Shown here piece after piece: positions 41,001 through 42,588 of a stretch of DNA of 64,000 nucleotides. Position numbers and translations under genes: made by a program. The notes under the pieces were generated by a model. It did no database searches. It was not told the DNA's origin and was given only the letters and a program-made list of their open reading frames with translations. Source of the stretch: Endomicrobiales bacterium (GTDB taxonomy: Bacteria; Elusimicrobiota; Endomicrobiia; Endomicrobiales; CAWCFT01); assembly GCA_963794945.1 (NCBI GenBank), contig CAWCFT010000018.1:17704-81703 (forward strand), in the 5' to 3' direction. The stretch's first letter is position 1. Each line of letters starts with the position of its first letter.

Positions 41001-42395
41001 ACCTTGAAGCGGATCCCCGCGCTTTAAAGATGCTTGGTATAAGAGAAACGGCAAAAGATAATGCTGTAGTATTTGATTATACTGGCGGGGCCTTAGATAG
41101 AAATATGCTTTCTGATACCCCAGTGGTGCCTGGTGAGAACGTGAATATCGGCTTTGGCGCGATAAGAGAACTGGATCGTGCGCATAAGAACGCACGAGCG
41201 CCTGCCGAGGTAGGCATTGAACGCGGCTGGAGTGATGAGCTCTTAGACCGAAGCAATATAGAAAGCTTTAATAATTCAATCATTATTCCATCTGGAGACA
41301 TCTTTAAACTAACCTTAGAAAAGGTTCGTCAGCTACAGAGCGAAGGCGCAAGGGTGCACGCGATATACGAAGGGTCAGATATTGAACAAGCAAGAGCTTT
41401 CGAGCGAACAGCCATAGGCTTGGGCCTCAACGGCATATTCTGCCCTGCTCTGAGCCCCGAAGCAATGGTCTCACTGACCAAATTAGATAATTCCGAACCT
41501 GCAGGTTTTATTGTATCCGGCCAGCTAGTTGGAGGCAGTGCCGAAAAGAGAAAATTTTATAGTTTAGAACTTTCTGCCGCTGACTATGCCGCGCGGATAG
41601 CCGCAATACGCGATACGGAGTTCCCTGTCGTAAGTATCAAGCTGGGCCAATTATCCACCGCGGACGCCGCTAAGCGCGTAGAAGCCCTAAAAGACCTGCC
41701 CTCTTCAGCAATTATTATCTTTACGGCTGATGATATAAAAAACAACGGAATGTTCAGAGATATTTCAGAAATTAACATATTCGGCGCAAACCTCCTTAAA
41801 TTCCTGCGGCTGACCCCGAGGACTATTTCCGAGAAGGAAGCTTTCCAGAGGCGTGTGGCGTTCGAGCTTGATTTTGGAACGTTTGAAGTGCCCCAGGACG
41901 CCGCGGCTTACATGGAGAACATCAGGAGTGAAAGGTTCGACCTGACCTCTTTCCCCGAAAATACTGAAGTTCTCGCAGCGGCTAAACTTCACTTAAGCGA
42001 AGAATCAGAACGTTCGGCTCAAAGACGTTTTCAAACAATCACTTGTCAGCCGCATAAGGGCCCGTATCGAGCTTGCCGGGAAAAGAAAAATGCTGGGGTT
42101 AGAAAATAGCGGGCTTGAAGAAACGCTAGCCGTAGCACTTGACATGTCGGAAGGAAGGTTTGTCAAGAACGATAACTTCGCCGGAGAAAAATCGGTTGCG
42201 GATGCTGGCAAAGCCTTAGACGACAAGGTCTTGTCATGGAAGTCGATCCAAGACCAAAAGATAAAAACGGCACAGGCCGCAGAGATCGCCGGCCTCATCA
42301 TTCAATACGCCGATCCTCGCGTGAAAAAACTTGACAGAAATCGGCTCCGTGCGAGCGACCTGAAAAACACAAAGGCGATACTCGAAGCCGCATAA
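6607..42395 (+). CDS. Giant multidomain multi-enzyme protein (~11,900 aa if 8 frameshifts are sequencing errors)
   Basis: Nine abutting or overlapping + strand ORFs. Repeat modules and motifs continue across the junctions, several of which are repaired by one base in a short homopolymer (7921, 36393, 37833). Signal peptide at ATG 6607. Confidence 0.75.
7932..12290 (+). CDS. Giant protein segment 2: GGFH motif, HEXXH zincin, HAD hydrolase, repeats A and B
   Basis: ITGGFHT; VHELGH...SEYAATNDRENFAE; IMDVHGTL...LPGTLELVKAL...IVSN...YFDDS. Confidence 0.8.
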   Translation: MANCIKCPSAGEENPSCTDVTASLPRLNPKEIIVTITGGFHTRELQRLLQEKKVSCLTVTPNVSKGTEESNAIYMHLASQQAAVLNNPQLRPSSAAAKTINSNALQLAIESVQSGNAKLEAVANALWSYALTTADLNAVKDEIELYLQSNSISGSASIDAKAEAIVVTWKDVSGQSRTITISKNAEFGSLTLSSRAHSLLNDILPSLKAGEQAEKTAVGSFVLPVESMVAMGSLIVEVLASLELSLAADSLVTGDGLIYEISHNEELQKLLEKQINIDMQKLGQLPDWLQRALAVRGKARQGIAAELSKEDQSALMKALLSIQPVYDLLVSLNATRVIDSRQAKPDTGLKNGNVKKSNFYNYIRGGFVEEKDLPITDLQKDTINMLAKQAGITINGLENISWKEAHRVETLLKILPQNHLNRVKKVNYIVKILNPLVSGWTDFASKTINIVAKKRFNHDYGEVFVHELGHKVDTSPYAIKIIQSLMDFLLTCALYWVVMRVIFTGDQMSFHNAAFDIVSVFVITAISYIKSKIKASIGRKMVNTNSRISEYAATNDRENFAENYAYYVIFGGEFRRLAGTSAKLAKQYQKMKKIFNGIEYTRNENDDIVILEKNSENTVLPAEDKGMGLQELTKASDLAVSAQPDASQAPAAKGRPRSAPAGSQRYLHRLIDVLKLLQDEKLTKDRFLEAYYNFENLCSSARKDYSENMFLYRRAEVFKTFRVFTNPETLWDNTVAASIRASAENSIQSLQKELSAMEADTGTAMPRESIFDGLEETPNIRPVLAANKPVIAIMDVHGTLIQSSWKVAYEQVYFKLTGKRPPAQWILEKVWNKPDNEVAAMLSTQTGRPASEILDLINKNKSLVKSKSVPPALPGTLELVKALKEQGVTVKIVSNTPGKIVINQLEKAGFLNYISRDDIFYNDQPASKYFHRAKIIQNIITQNPGFNIVYFDDSFREISEISKQFGKRMTIFGVPDGKGIESENNRVELIKSGAHYIVLRKQGFPVEDILRWLDKAPKTISPADNNIIESQPGQEIEQHTTATQILTQKQSILSSTGQALKAIAREVVLWYGKFYQLSMPKQFQGLLPKPYKPLYIMQETTGKQYEPQKDLLKQFIENNAENLALPLRKLKYFRTEFSISGDGVVSDVPERISSSTRRPNTKILIRWQEFSGGKNFWMPAPDDREMAAMATANNGESYTGVLWQGSSQDELYLVLVPVSEYFKAGYSLSTATLRLIYETILSLERRRKDGNQIEISNKEKEGFAHALDSLDRLGTRCYTVNFNEEKKAIIKQIDNETLSHVIYETIIKPTNDKEMERLSELSSDPAILQLRGPGSDEGDVLGTILEPLLNSKLTAGQFKRTFDNIHRAMFRNFIIMERKENYTIAIIMIKEICNSLDMPVELRKKLSNLMMGIFFDQNGKSRDVIVQTAAMKYAAKKLQQRQSISWRIKQNA
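11107..12405 (+). repeat. Repeat A, 2 copies (~11107-11226, ~12282-12405)
   Basis: LKAIAREVVLWYGKFY...LLPKPYKPL vs LKTVAREIVLGYEKFY...MLPKPYKPL. Confidence 0.8.
11258..17500 (+). repeat. Repeat B, 3 copies (~11258-12250, ~14075-15500, ~16080-17500)
   Basis: IENN.xNL..P..KL.Y...FSI...VSDVPE, GV.WQ, GP..DEGD.L and FD.N.K are present in all three. Confidence 0.85.
12310..14034 (+). CDS. Giant protein segment 3: repeats A, C and D (unknown domains)
   Basis: LPKPYKPL, FNSFRPFAESE and LYIHQGFLNALFS all recur elsewhere in the giant ORFs. Confidence 0.75.
   Translation: MLGYEKFYESLPGSFRDMLPKPYKPLHIVPEEREIFPVSYNTQAVGYVPVIPPNAYNALSDSVFKRTIDGLMREINDPFSELGRERQSIITKSGLSLEEYKRFMLWQGRQKGIRGTKTFSYVGGFNSFRPFAESEAITDVYSMGLEYFGNATDLIGACKSNYTGKAYVLSGMQYETYDPVNQYRYHKAPGIMAIAKIISWLGGSIEGLYYFDINEKGEFGFLNKDEAISGDKHNAVIEFTVGGTTKRFWYTQQDIYTMTDNFKRYMGRVEFDNFLITGLNGLFIYILLKSMGEHSKATIEEQMAPAVRNNALVTTNASRPYGREPNPIWQKGYPVQVIPLEPGQKYGYSDGNAEHENAERGGNIFFGNAEGLVGSSWRPAGNDGNIFSALSIAAEEALNLTGTALEQQLQNISVELGMLATEHFTPNAYIGALKQTFIEKGRAFGINSGNIIVKPITKFEQFRDADGGIRLSVSRLALENGKYVLYIHQGFLNALFSMSDEQQKTIWEQYKCGPPEAFAVEELQELAEIQKLVQQGTPFDKAYEQYHAFNPHNDIFTILSRASREKRNANIKKP
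12445..19372 (+). repeat. Repeat C, 2 copies (~12445-13445, ~18343-19372)
   Basis: FMLWQG.QKG.RG, FNSFRPFAESE.ITDVYS, KAPGI.AIAKIISWLGG, HNAVIEFTV, NAEGL.GS.WR. Confidence 0.9.
13460..27250 (+). repeat. Repeat D, 2 close copies (~13460-13980, ~15528-16048) + a diverged copy (~26690-27250)
   Basis: FSALS..AEEALNLTG, KPITKFEQF, LYIHQ.FL.AL, EExxE; long identical DNA runs between the first two copies. Confidence 0.85.
13967..27130 (+). CDS. Giant protein segment 4 (4387 aa): repeats B/C/D/E, RelA/SpoT-type HD domain, two transglutaminase-like+TPR modules
   Basis: RRGDGRPYYFHPLEIA...AALLHDIVED...IKAADRLHN; HMAC/HMVC...H...IIDA/IVDA followed by YNNLG-type TPRs. Confidence 0.85.
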   Translation: MIFSLFLAARLAKKETLILKNHNTGNNMGLITGGQNDDILSRCIENNGENLSFPFLKKLLYYMTGFSIAGTGAVSDVPETINNIPSQIKKEDARIALFCQTLDGKNTYGMPTLQNMATAGEILNSKEQCYAGVVWQGEERNELYIVAVPVSETNIYNLQLGILGQYLITIAKFERTQKNMSSTEISAVKQNIFAAASSVLSQMGTRAYSLTIDPQNGTAIKPFPLESLVSVIYESSVRQSLMGMFKKMQESTSEQALSKLQGPTADEGDVLSVMLINFTRNKDRLLEQSCYRTYKEIVDDMFKQYQYFEIHAYYAYIAQIVAKHCEKSDLPANLKKQFKDIILSTFFDKNGKALKPYLAVAPEYYVLNKLAEADILVLRERVKTLKGPTLRSGQILNVLEILDEMDSKDLQKVIIVLEDAMIWIDFLSIAGDSFNVNMDVMLPNWCLQYFIKNGTDINSNNLQTYEYAIYATARLIAAVRYDENNHKRSPEGLETILSYIKLKARYQLIAQQQKQNSGNSDNLFSALSVVAEEALNLTGGALEQELQKISVKIGRLFSWHFAVNSHAEALKQMFIDKGRAYGINADNIIIKPITKFEQFTDAKGKTRLSVSRFVPEDGKYVLYIHQRFLDALFSMTEEQKNDIYEQYHCGPPETFAIEEVQEFAEIQKLVQLGVSFDKAYEQYHTANPHHNVFTETALQTAAKQIDVLKRCIENNKNNLALPLRKLRYYSTGFSISDSGEVSDVPETVNGIPWQIDIPDARVALFWQKLDGKDKFGMPTPADILTAAGSLAGKEPRYAGVVWQKEAQGNLYIVVVPVSANNNYESALRTLSKYLSDIAAFEGQEKVINSADPFPEEQDAYMLASMLLSQMGARAYSVTIDPENGAAITPMSQESLVRAFYKPSEEQTDSEQPDKRQTNISEKTLFNLRGPHTDEGDLLGVLLLSFTKNTGLLLEEPCFVIYKDILTDTIKQKIYIDIHEDYSSVEKIVDRRCDESVLPANLKRLLKEIILSTLFDKNAKALEPKVRANAWVYVQNKLAEADLRILRERIKILKGPSVKSGKMLNVLNALDAMDNFDIQKTNVILSQAKDLLDILQNKYGNTFNNSVEDTLKLWCIQNSKISSAAGIDNNFEAHFDAAIIFAKLIIAVWYDENNTKRSPEDMQTILSYLQIKGRLQLISQQHSKEQVKENEQGQDTSNHLGIGLEAIIWAAQGILTIMPGVEQSALTAVELAKSIIRGAVIVSNSGGFARESTYTLDQIVPELARDIEYYNTLCPVNGLRLSKVKVLESKSDYIATNDSLGFASMETLAFDEETMTVKTADNKGNLKTLTDRLRHEFNENMAMNIEGSVQFAALNYFLVKSHVAKPHMPRGNLSGEELINCWHACESDIAGNQDEYRELFKNDKDLEAIERLIAFANEDSTKLLKVYKSLSEIIAGLAKSVLAKPVVVDKVEKQPQVFSKYIPTIPPGAFNALTSPEFKKTIDSLTQEVNDPYSKVGIKRQSIIKQSGQPLEKYKKFMLWQGEQKGVRGKGMFSCAGRFNSFRPFAESENITDVYSNGPEYFGNTNDIIEEYSAKYDDRSYILSGIQYETYDEGKAAWPKKAPGIIAIAKIISWLGGAIDGVYYFDVDETGRFSFVNKNETISGSRHNAVIEFTVNGVKKRFWYTQLDAKALTDNNKRYIDRIGFDNFLVTGLNGSIMYADDNGVRDYDDLLKIRSKNTGEQERSKTIIELQMAAAVRNGALVTIDVYKFEGETAYRLCYRGYPVKTILLKPGQNYGYNTGKAGGKIYFLRNAEGLIGSQWRRNDINLNDKPNILRQTLMFLLIPFFAFNSYFPQLKAAPHDTAVTSKLSAAYLYRASAGKAIDWLARGSEYARMKGFLQRYFDIENPAADMQALIKRASRGFDSDMETRAVDLINKMRKAVPDGFVFSKLGAGDFSLLMHILRNPELEILLFDRETLEVYLSENIIGGVPAAQLSNLQMLRIYLISEALSDYAPVSTQDSLARIIYKNMQETDKGNKNGISGRAVFEQGNIGFHEGNLNFGEQGEIFSPDILCALDIDVPDSAAAGISELPRLVIKTLGHPYGYDEVIDVNSLKAAVIISGKDESGQPYSINLGERILSCDENRSAPAEQPEPEEDTTYPAIDHIAATGNHLGIGGEVVLGAVNIITDSILEIFMQLPGAAEAQLTAAQLVQELTDSFIKRTSHEEFYPAKYYLPEELDTKLARDIEYYNSFRPDGGEKLEKISVVESKTGYIAAENGLGFASMENLAFDKNTVIIKTAYNNDRAKTLAMRIRHEINENMARNVAGSVQFTALDHFLAKAHRARDSLSNDELTNHWHECEKDIAGNQDEYKALFKTAQDTIAIDRLISFTLKDLKQLKKSGKSIPKIFAKFIRFFLESRRIELPDEISAAITSKIIDYFDSLKPSVKPPAEMKLGEFADPADLYSAMKAAIAKNAAIKGKSFDFALLDKAYKLVIDEHGTPDQRRGDGRPYYFHPLEIAYYISVDLEKTNQNLILAALLHDIVEDDTSISYDDIPKLFNKDVADIVDDLTHNDNLSKNKGRLYKRLEHINRILTKSNKDSILIKAADRLHNLLTDARAPHPKAGYMDLIETQQWMKFVMRPEVPGPLRRQLLLLLESKLNDQIINEPLSPEAAAATGSTVTNLLPGETADYLQKLTAFADEYQLLRTLIPVKSNENNEIQLASAGGMQWPELTKKLNHFSCQATIIDRNVIAPYEQPGLIDAHSALSRLIGYGVESFDKYRAVYYAAQNTDFLNALKGYTFETFPWQKLWGPYFKEASIAWAVRNLIGTSAAFEEFKVLARDSALIRLINSESRNRRLYFDSEILYVDGVYTIPVASIKPLPAEKIVILTPLGPSSRQVCIEPVLLRLGKFLRERGWNLHVNWGSMPAGYDGFSIAGAQGIFDNNANIPAGNITPAHLEEINRLKNVSEESKGTPYTFQPDFFYPSYFANEMPRAILANFAELMDHVQFAFADSSRLPAAGFTIKDHEPVEIDGSIIEVPGKARAKITVTTTITISQDISFVQMLSLVTALYQDMLDNSREKSAHYRELLRGKIKDVENIAKNIIYAANYLETLKSVWPETLGLDTGKSAEFTGYLDQMISGFRKLTKGYKIRSADPLQAQKEIAENWLGVDQAWLDSIIKRFPKENRLGAVKTLFAANQSRWERSIAYEMAAPARELDAAVLEKGGRLLDTIKSKPSLTRSIIALIYGLFKPGYKMPETLLEEIDEAVADKTRGMDKTSPAFAKTLMSIVENRVHKYYDMLLFSGSAFNSSSLRLFAAELGVNPQVLAKVYEISPSRIVETRHMACIMQNYLCGRILQQKGFQVYWANVHEDANSEQIVHSVILAKLPSGLYRIIDATAIKGSGEISANYLAPGEVEQRLKESPVFSKTLNINSRSLHHLISVFAFEEGARTTIYNNLGLVIKAQNKFSEAEAIFKNTRINNDNFEASYNLGNLYFNRARFDEAETAYKNSLTVYPKFVGTWNNLAAALDEQGQPDAAYIANSYKYRCINGELIDIKKAFAEIDNAKEKTLPEFSAPDSDDNSRTGKTSSFFGVAKKALMYISSVFAMLAFTVHISNNHIFETTVPNKTMPALIKNTASKQTAAVSTINERINSINATSSSAGRSHINQLFLHPAPPQYFADTLPRQMLAYFAELMDHVQFIFAENNELPACGFIIEEHSPIEIDGTIIDMPGKARRKVTVNTTITISDDISFVQMLGLITTLYQQMLDNSQGKPEQYKQLLHDKLNNIDNIAKNFIYAAEYLDTVKSSWPEKLGLNTTETIRFDNYIEYVINGLRKLAGGYEIAHQDSLAVKKAAAEAWLSIDQNWLDSIQNRFPEDPAKRLEFIMSQLNAKQDAWAREAADGLASPARELNAAVMQRGGNLLLDSLKSKADPARTLIQEIDIKIKEFQPTDPEYTNKLISIVQDNVKPYFDKTLYDNNPKAFSESLQKLSTDLGISPQTLALLGEISPTEITETNHMVCVMKSYLCGLILEQYGVPVYWLDVVKTVTDAEEVHVSILARLPNGLYRIVDAAFPKGSGEVPEQYLTAGEVEKLLTKSPTVTKTLDINSKSLHHVIKIFRSFEAGARGSVYKNLGIIFNSLNRYAEAEKAFRKALDTDSQDFLSWSRLGSSLLRQNKFAQAEDAFKNSLKNNPGNINAWNRVAIALLNQNQSVAAQIARDCCDRLLKGEQIDINKAFAEIDAAKKKVFISGLGFNFDLEGYQAFLGALGIGLDVTAAGFAQAVIKQFTGDNGADIVTPENASPEGKQALDNAGRLSVELSGYLKSKNISSTARVVVTKGDNTFVKFGNRVCGMPTFLRKADDGSLTLYIHQEFLNALYAEQARHAKERAAASSKRRYHRPVRWRRS
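17553..30110 (+). repeat. Repeat E, 3 copies (~17553-18280, ~20413-21180, ~29350-30110)
   Basis: LARDI.YYN, G.ASM, R.RHE.NENMA, WH.CE.DIA. Confidence 0.9.
22850..29320 (+). repeat. Repeat F (transglutaminase-like+TPR module), 3 copies (~22850-24605, ~24918-26635, ~27505-29320)
   Basis: FAELMDH.QF.FA, PGKA, DISFVQML, EISP..I.ET.HM.C, LP.GLYRI.DA. Confidence 0.9.
27033..36467 (+). CDS. Giant protein segment 5 (3144 aa): transglutaminase-like+TPR, repeat E, two GNATs, GT2, Zn deaminase, 2H phosphoesterase, TM helices, helical repeats
   Basis: YRGIGSAL (twice); VSVILL...ILVDNNS...NLGYCGGNN...LFNND; HAE...PCDKC; HFT...HMT. Confidence 0.85.
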   Translation: MPCTLSRRDTLKKGLPLLPRGDIIAQFVGEEVDELFDIENLLSNQHLSSVQAYFQHHNQRENFPQAHNGIITSIAEQTGLTVLGVEDNINNQPGGFISAAKKALMYVACCFAALVFMIRISNAQTNTITLPYNNNIALSKDSLVKPGPANLFNYENRLFLHPIPPGYFADTIQRKMLSYFAELMDHIQFVFADSSELPASGFTIKDHAPIIVDGTIIDVPGKAHRKVTVTTTITLSKDISFVQMLNLVRTLYQQMLDNNQGKTEQYKQYIQQKLNNIDNIAKKFIYSADYLDTVKNSWPKELGLNSNETLQFINYIDFVINGLRNMAGDYEIVHQDQPETRTTTAENWLGVNQDWINSIVNQFPGDSSKRMQFIIQQFNAKQDFWARNAADGLAAPALELDAAVMETGGRLLDGIKIFGDTSVMLSNVVAKKMKGISPSDPKYTDKITELVQKKVGEYIDTTLMSSHPEKFTELYKQAAETLGVNPAVMAILGEISPANIVETQHMVCVMRACLCGRILQQYGIRVYWLDVQERVTGEEDDHVALLAQLPNGLYRIVDAAVPQGAGNVPKQYIAAGEIEKLLANTPVITKTLDTTSSRLHHIIRITDFDAGLRSSVFNNLGIALSKMGHHSEAELAYKKSLEINSINASALANLGLAYFHMGRLTDCENCVKKAVEINPRFYMAWYKLAVALFGQQRYAESDQALRKCLEINPQFTSSWSKMVSTLSAQQQPAAAKIAGKYCVRSMAGDHINPKSAFEEIDGATSHTTLANINKLGINRQDIDVIAIAAMEILNQLPATAKLQLTAGQLAQELLELGADIATVKEFNSQTVYNLEDLDQELARDIDYYNAFCPVGGIKLTKLSVTESSAGYITLKDSFGLASMDSISFNNDTANIKTANNKNNPKILTNRLRHEFNENMAENIIDSIQYKALNHFLGKIHAARNNLSNAELTNYWHECEVDIARHQGEYRALAKTGQEQPAAERLIAFAKIDSRQIKLAYRFIAKIFVDLLKTLLQNKQIELPAETSAGIVLIIQGLFTQHWNRSKTDQPTGSTEADSGLPGSDETVPEQNTGDGRIPASNVTEFAANRPTAEEYARKLVADKQLTLTADDGKQFRFVYENMPSNEFKLITYDNMTNEQVGFIDVRGNRIDSAFNEIFIGEPAIVVDNRYNERYRGIGSALLRLSMSVTKNNGYKEFDVLYGSKAAKFYRSAGFEEINHETGKFSFDFTKKKIGGILLEYFPKPEFLVNEIAKLRKIDSAAADILLKRLGMTSRADKDGLRYLNEDIQWFRTHRKTKDGVYFDPIDKNNPKVSVILLHYGNSVKDTLQALNNLSLNTYPDLDVILVDNNSPVPIEQKDISAKIADKLKIKLIKSPVNLGYCGGNNMAARAALNNGADYVFLFNNDGLIEKDGIQKMIDKLKGHPEIGAIQPSLYTTNELKEINEKGVLPEEQGTDALNRTLEFTYGLEKTNTASKLSDNLYQKEISLLGTAQMVRSDMIRLSGMFDTRLFMYADEAYLGYRYSMTGLKMGMVTDVFFAHPPFAAIETPKVYSEYLIWRNYMFDAEYLYNIDDMGKRAVKNLFGPRNLFISNDDAVWRMVEESANENDILLIAVVKGMFDGVMGQYSPTVEGQNMDEKKQIATYSKEFEKMIDVNGILLRLINETDPYQSRLMIWGLNAADSKIHNIGQLDGIQRQKLIDTLKYYVSEWRDWVKTKHRDQSAITKIRNEFKNELLGKINVFTPSETLGHEQYLDRYSDKSNINDEAYMQVALNESRKAGIERWLFTACVGAVVVSGKGIIVGRGYNRMFSQFHAEHYAILDALFARVESLAEGKQKGIMRSRINEILRTANMPRAPDYYDNLDAAITALNRDLGGVLQNSPIYVTMHPCDKCTNLIMSLGMKRLVYGAEMPGGSLDNGKKLRNAGMETTGGVLARESRTVMTGYFLLKTYFSYIHELIQRLERQIISRRHSVLTANEMASLNKPVELSKTTGLNVTDENEKKPSTPIITTEPEEVLPIVRGRSWQDRISFISKIEQEGLVNNSLRMEYASTPQTKEAFKAVYNDLKNIINNSSVLRLNPADHTHFTIVNLPAFMSQEQLPESLFRNSVESTVMPALRQIPVTDFQLSGNIKITDSGAIIYEITDPETIEKITLIRNKFDNSWDKPNIVHMTIGNILDPGISPELLARIRDVVAIHNQKRTLDQRITVRNMKFEKSNYFGDIVYLSQDVPLAKPELKTNNLSEGRQGLEPQAGLSNDIVLEKADISLLNSPSLLSNSGYAKANKPSTEDYAKQLVGKKELILAANEGKEFRFVYEDMFFNKFKLTVYENETSNKIGFIDVRGNLIDFSFDKPYNGEAGPAIVVNNNYTQQYRGIGSALMLLSMAVAKNNGYKEFNVQYGSKAARFYESLGFVANKHIAGKFTYNFSEKKIGGILIETKTDIDNYNLGQLDSSQNTPEQYADNTDLASSLLQGLEPQSGLDDEILTASWSGNEKYITYFAHWIESPVLICALALAARLFVPVEYDTLVAALGPIAAYFAFRLPHLLRGAKIFNSKPVHKMSYYSLGLSVPVFALFIPGVSVIGYCLLGFMSFLSLIYLASEHFITNHNIENSDETFSSLFEALRYSYYEHKLEKYERQKMIYRRYNNEDKYIEIPITKYSLYPALGLISNIHSGQSEFERALILGIEKYALGLSGDYNKNRTDLDAIIKKFNDIACLDEYDDFKNPLFALRAMIKIGAALSGDNTLVKKIILPTFIAKAQDDTGYYANRLRACATEGLAELTPLIPDKDFKEKTVIPILIRNMLTPNTEIGRGEPLSRKEELWDLNRAGFESLYHLIKPTGRPIKITANDMYLINHSFGMKNLEKYYPVMIDIAEKAGQHAGLVLSRTVEWSGIQKDDTYETGKEKLTLFAEQYIELLIKFDKIEEKYLILDRKYVEQYIYSWQLLSLISGLSLADTFEAIVNKTGVEGLAILKYEQYLQAVREGITVPNKQFLIVLDELCVEFIAISKSENHDFFESDLFRFWPKNEINDDFVANLHYYQEIIGAIHNKNEYDLFVICDGLSLLMKQWGKQSFKEYLPEMKRILGSAGKNDMHVFRQLISLHEQLKTKQDLITYGNDLVDLGNQPARMQSICSKVSLKCRICLTMS
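30285..34335 (+). repeat. Repeat G (GNAT module), 2 copies (~30285-30750, ~33860-34335)
   Basis: FRFVYE.M, GFIDVRGN.ID, YRGIGSAL, KNNGYKEF.V.YGSKAA.FY, KKIGGIL. Confidence 0.9.
36440..37931 (+). CDS. Giant protein segments 6-7: helical/coiled-coil region (ORFs 36440-36835 and 36792-37931)
   Basis: The (S/A)AGxNA repeat continues across 36393; the ORFs overlap in different frames. Confidence 0.65.
37805..42109 (+). CDS. Giant protein segment 8: TM hairpin, GHKL (HATPase_c) domain, degenerate zincin, C-terminal region
   Basis: ELLKNAFDA (N box), VSDNGIGI (G1), GAGLGM (G2), HGGSL; YLEEFAHALQ. Confidence 0.8.
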   Translation: MRRGGSPRLLNPTGIHREMPLLHACEANVAFIQIFSKNNVQIANAVVVFAKNGAYVYGGYNNSSYNMDGVYGEAIKELTKYVPRVYLTKNSAGYSDLVNYGSNVEGEVIVQKPSVYFTGQYYDAGTVTSDGDLSVNLVNPLEVTYEGIRKNGGFEKKEEAKAPERVEIKSNIEWEKLQEMLDVQGLKKFSRIMSNFKKKVAEQGAFAVDNDYYDWVANDIRSWHRGDVSDAQIEEIADILVDFLESQQWPVEVLTGPDRTGILQVGGLGVVIGMALASWGLPVLGGVVLTLGVASLFVGPDAGKFKNFGGYFWQYISSFIPRLGKELSSALRHESSKQVAVSIARTTANNSGRTKKIVTESSADSSQSSIPNRTDAISPIILTENVVDFKFANTEEILRGLFVKWKNRVNTQTLSNENLRLIEEFLRAYGKPMDRDRLVNYDIVSTALRELLKNAFDAYISAAAEGKIRFRMMVEGNFLVFEVSDNGIGIEEQYYDNTGRLHVVPNDVLPYAYISTRYGGAGLGMLHTQILAQVHGGSLKYLTGQNDGYKTTARLTIPMTTVSIKFRNKDGRVMSAKTYLRIINKDKIEAQNKAEEDLIIQQYGIDRTTAEQAVRNGWTVERMKDIENINDNFCNIFEKRFGFTVRPKIIFKPSPNLPYNIATISRYNDPQINSWVFIAVTRFNYKTAVNTINNWYLEEFAHALQNNLFGERFASFPEMKPTDYAAFCAELKKGFTAKDSRLSVPPFNITSVTGRGSQYGSFYMLDEEILRQLFEVHAAALAWILSLTWLPQESLDSDRRFAYWDAAARIEEAEFPSHLFSGILPYLIGVRTPPNSSIRIPSLASHAAMWEAVLELNGKYGFIPAEKLKKIEEFVKIRQKAMQVTDLEGKNIYLALKESYKAYFLSVTQSFINSDKSIQELVQNNRINIKSNFFVQISLAITSYLSNLKYSSNIVAEWADKFMRERTNGLYGTELPMGVFIAENIGQLSGVQFEVKKYLPVVITSTKGNEKEIENTTTKNLGVTAGHSPVFFSQENSVVYLYIDAEGADFAVGASQIMATLRGYGNLEADPRALKMLGIRETAKDNAVVFDYTGGALDRNMLSDTPVVPGENVNIGFGAIRELDRAHKNARAPAEVGIERGWSDELLDRSNIESFNNSIIIPSGDIFKLTLEKVRQLQSEGARVHAIYEGSDIEQARAFERTAIGLGLNGIFCPALSPEAMVSLTKLDNSEPAGFIVSGQLVGGSAEKRKFYSLELSAADYAARIAAIRDTEFPVVSIKLGQLSTADAAKRVEALKDLPSSAIIIFTADDIKNNGMFRDISEINIFGANLLKFLRLTPRTISEKEAFQRRVAFELDFGTFEVPQDAAAYMENIRSERFDLTSFPENTEVLAAAKLHLSEESERSAQRRFQTITCQPHKGPYRACREKKNAGVRK
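42090..42395 (+). CDS. Giant protein segment 9: C-terminus ending ILEAA
   Basis: The frame is open upstream to about 42010 (NVRLKDVFKQSLVSRIRARIELAGKRKMLGLE), overlapping segment 8. Confidence 0.65.
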   Translation: MLGLENSGLEETLAVALDMSEGRFVKNDNFAGEKSVADAGKALDDKVLSWKSIQDQKIKTAQAAEIAGLIIQYADPRVKKLDRNRLRASDLKNTKAILEAA

Positions 42396-42474
42396 TGTTT
42401 TACGAGCAAATCCCCTCGCCGACGATACTGTGACATTCGACATCTTATTTTGCTCCATTTTTTCGGCCGCACAC

Positions 42475-42503
42475 TTGATTTAATCCCATTTCTTTACTAT
42501 CAT
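42475..42503 (+). promoter_or_regulatory. Possible promoter of the tolC-macAB cluster
   Basis: TTGATT-17 bp-TATCAT. Confidence 0.4.
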
Positions 42504-42588
42504 TAGAAACGTTGTTGAAACTTTACGTGAACAGAAAATGTCTAAATTTCAATGCTTTAATACCAAAAGGAAATACATAAATTTACTT

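Noticed and set aside
6607..42395. RTX/T1SS adhesin, NRPS/PKS or Rhs protein
   Set aside because: I saw no GGxGxD repeats, Ig/cadherin arrays, A-T-C or KS modules, or YD repeats. The neighbouring ABC transporters are MacB type, not HlyB type.
7714..42458. Many 60-160 aa antisense or alternate-frame ORFs within the giant gene
   Set aside because: Shadow ORFs with no motifs; any similarity among them only mirrors the sense-strand repeats.
42519..42534. Third parS-like site (ctttacgtgaaca)
   Set aside because: Too many mismatches and a broken palindrome.
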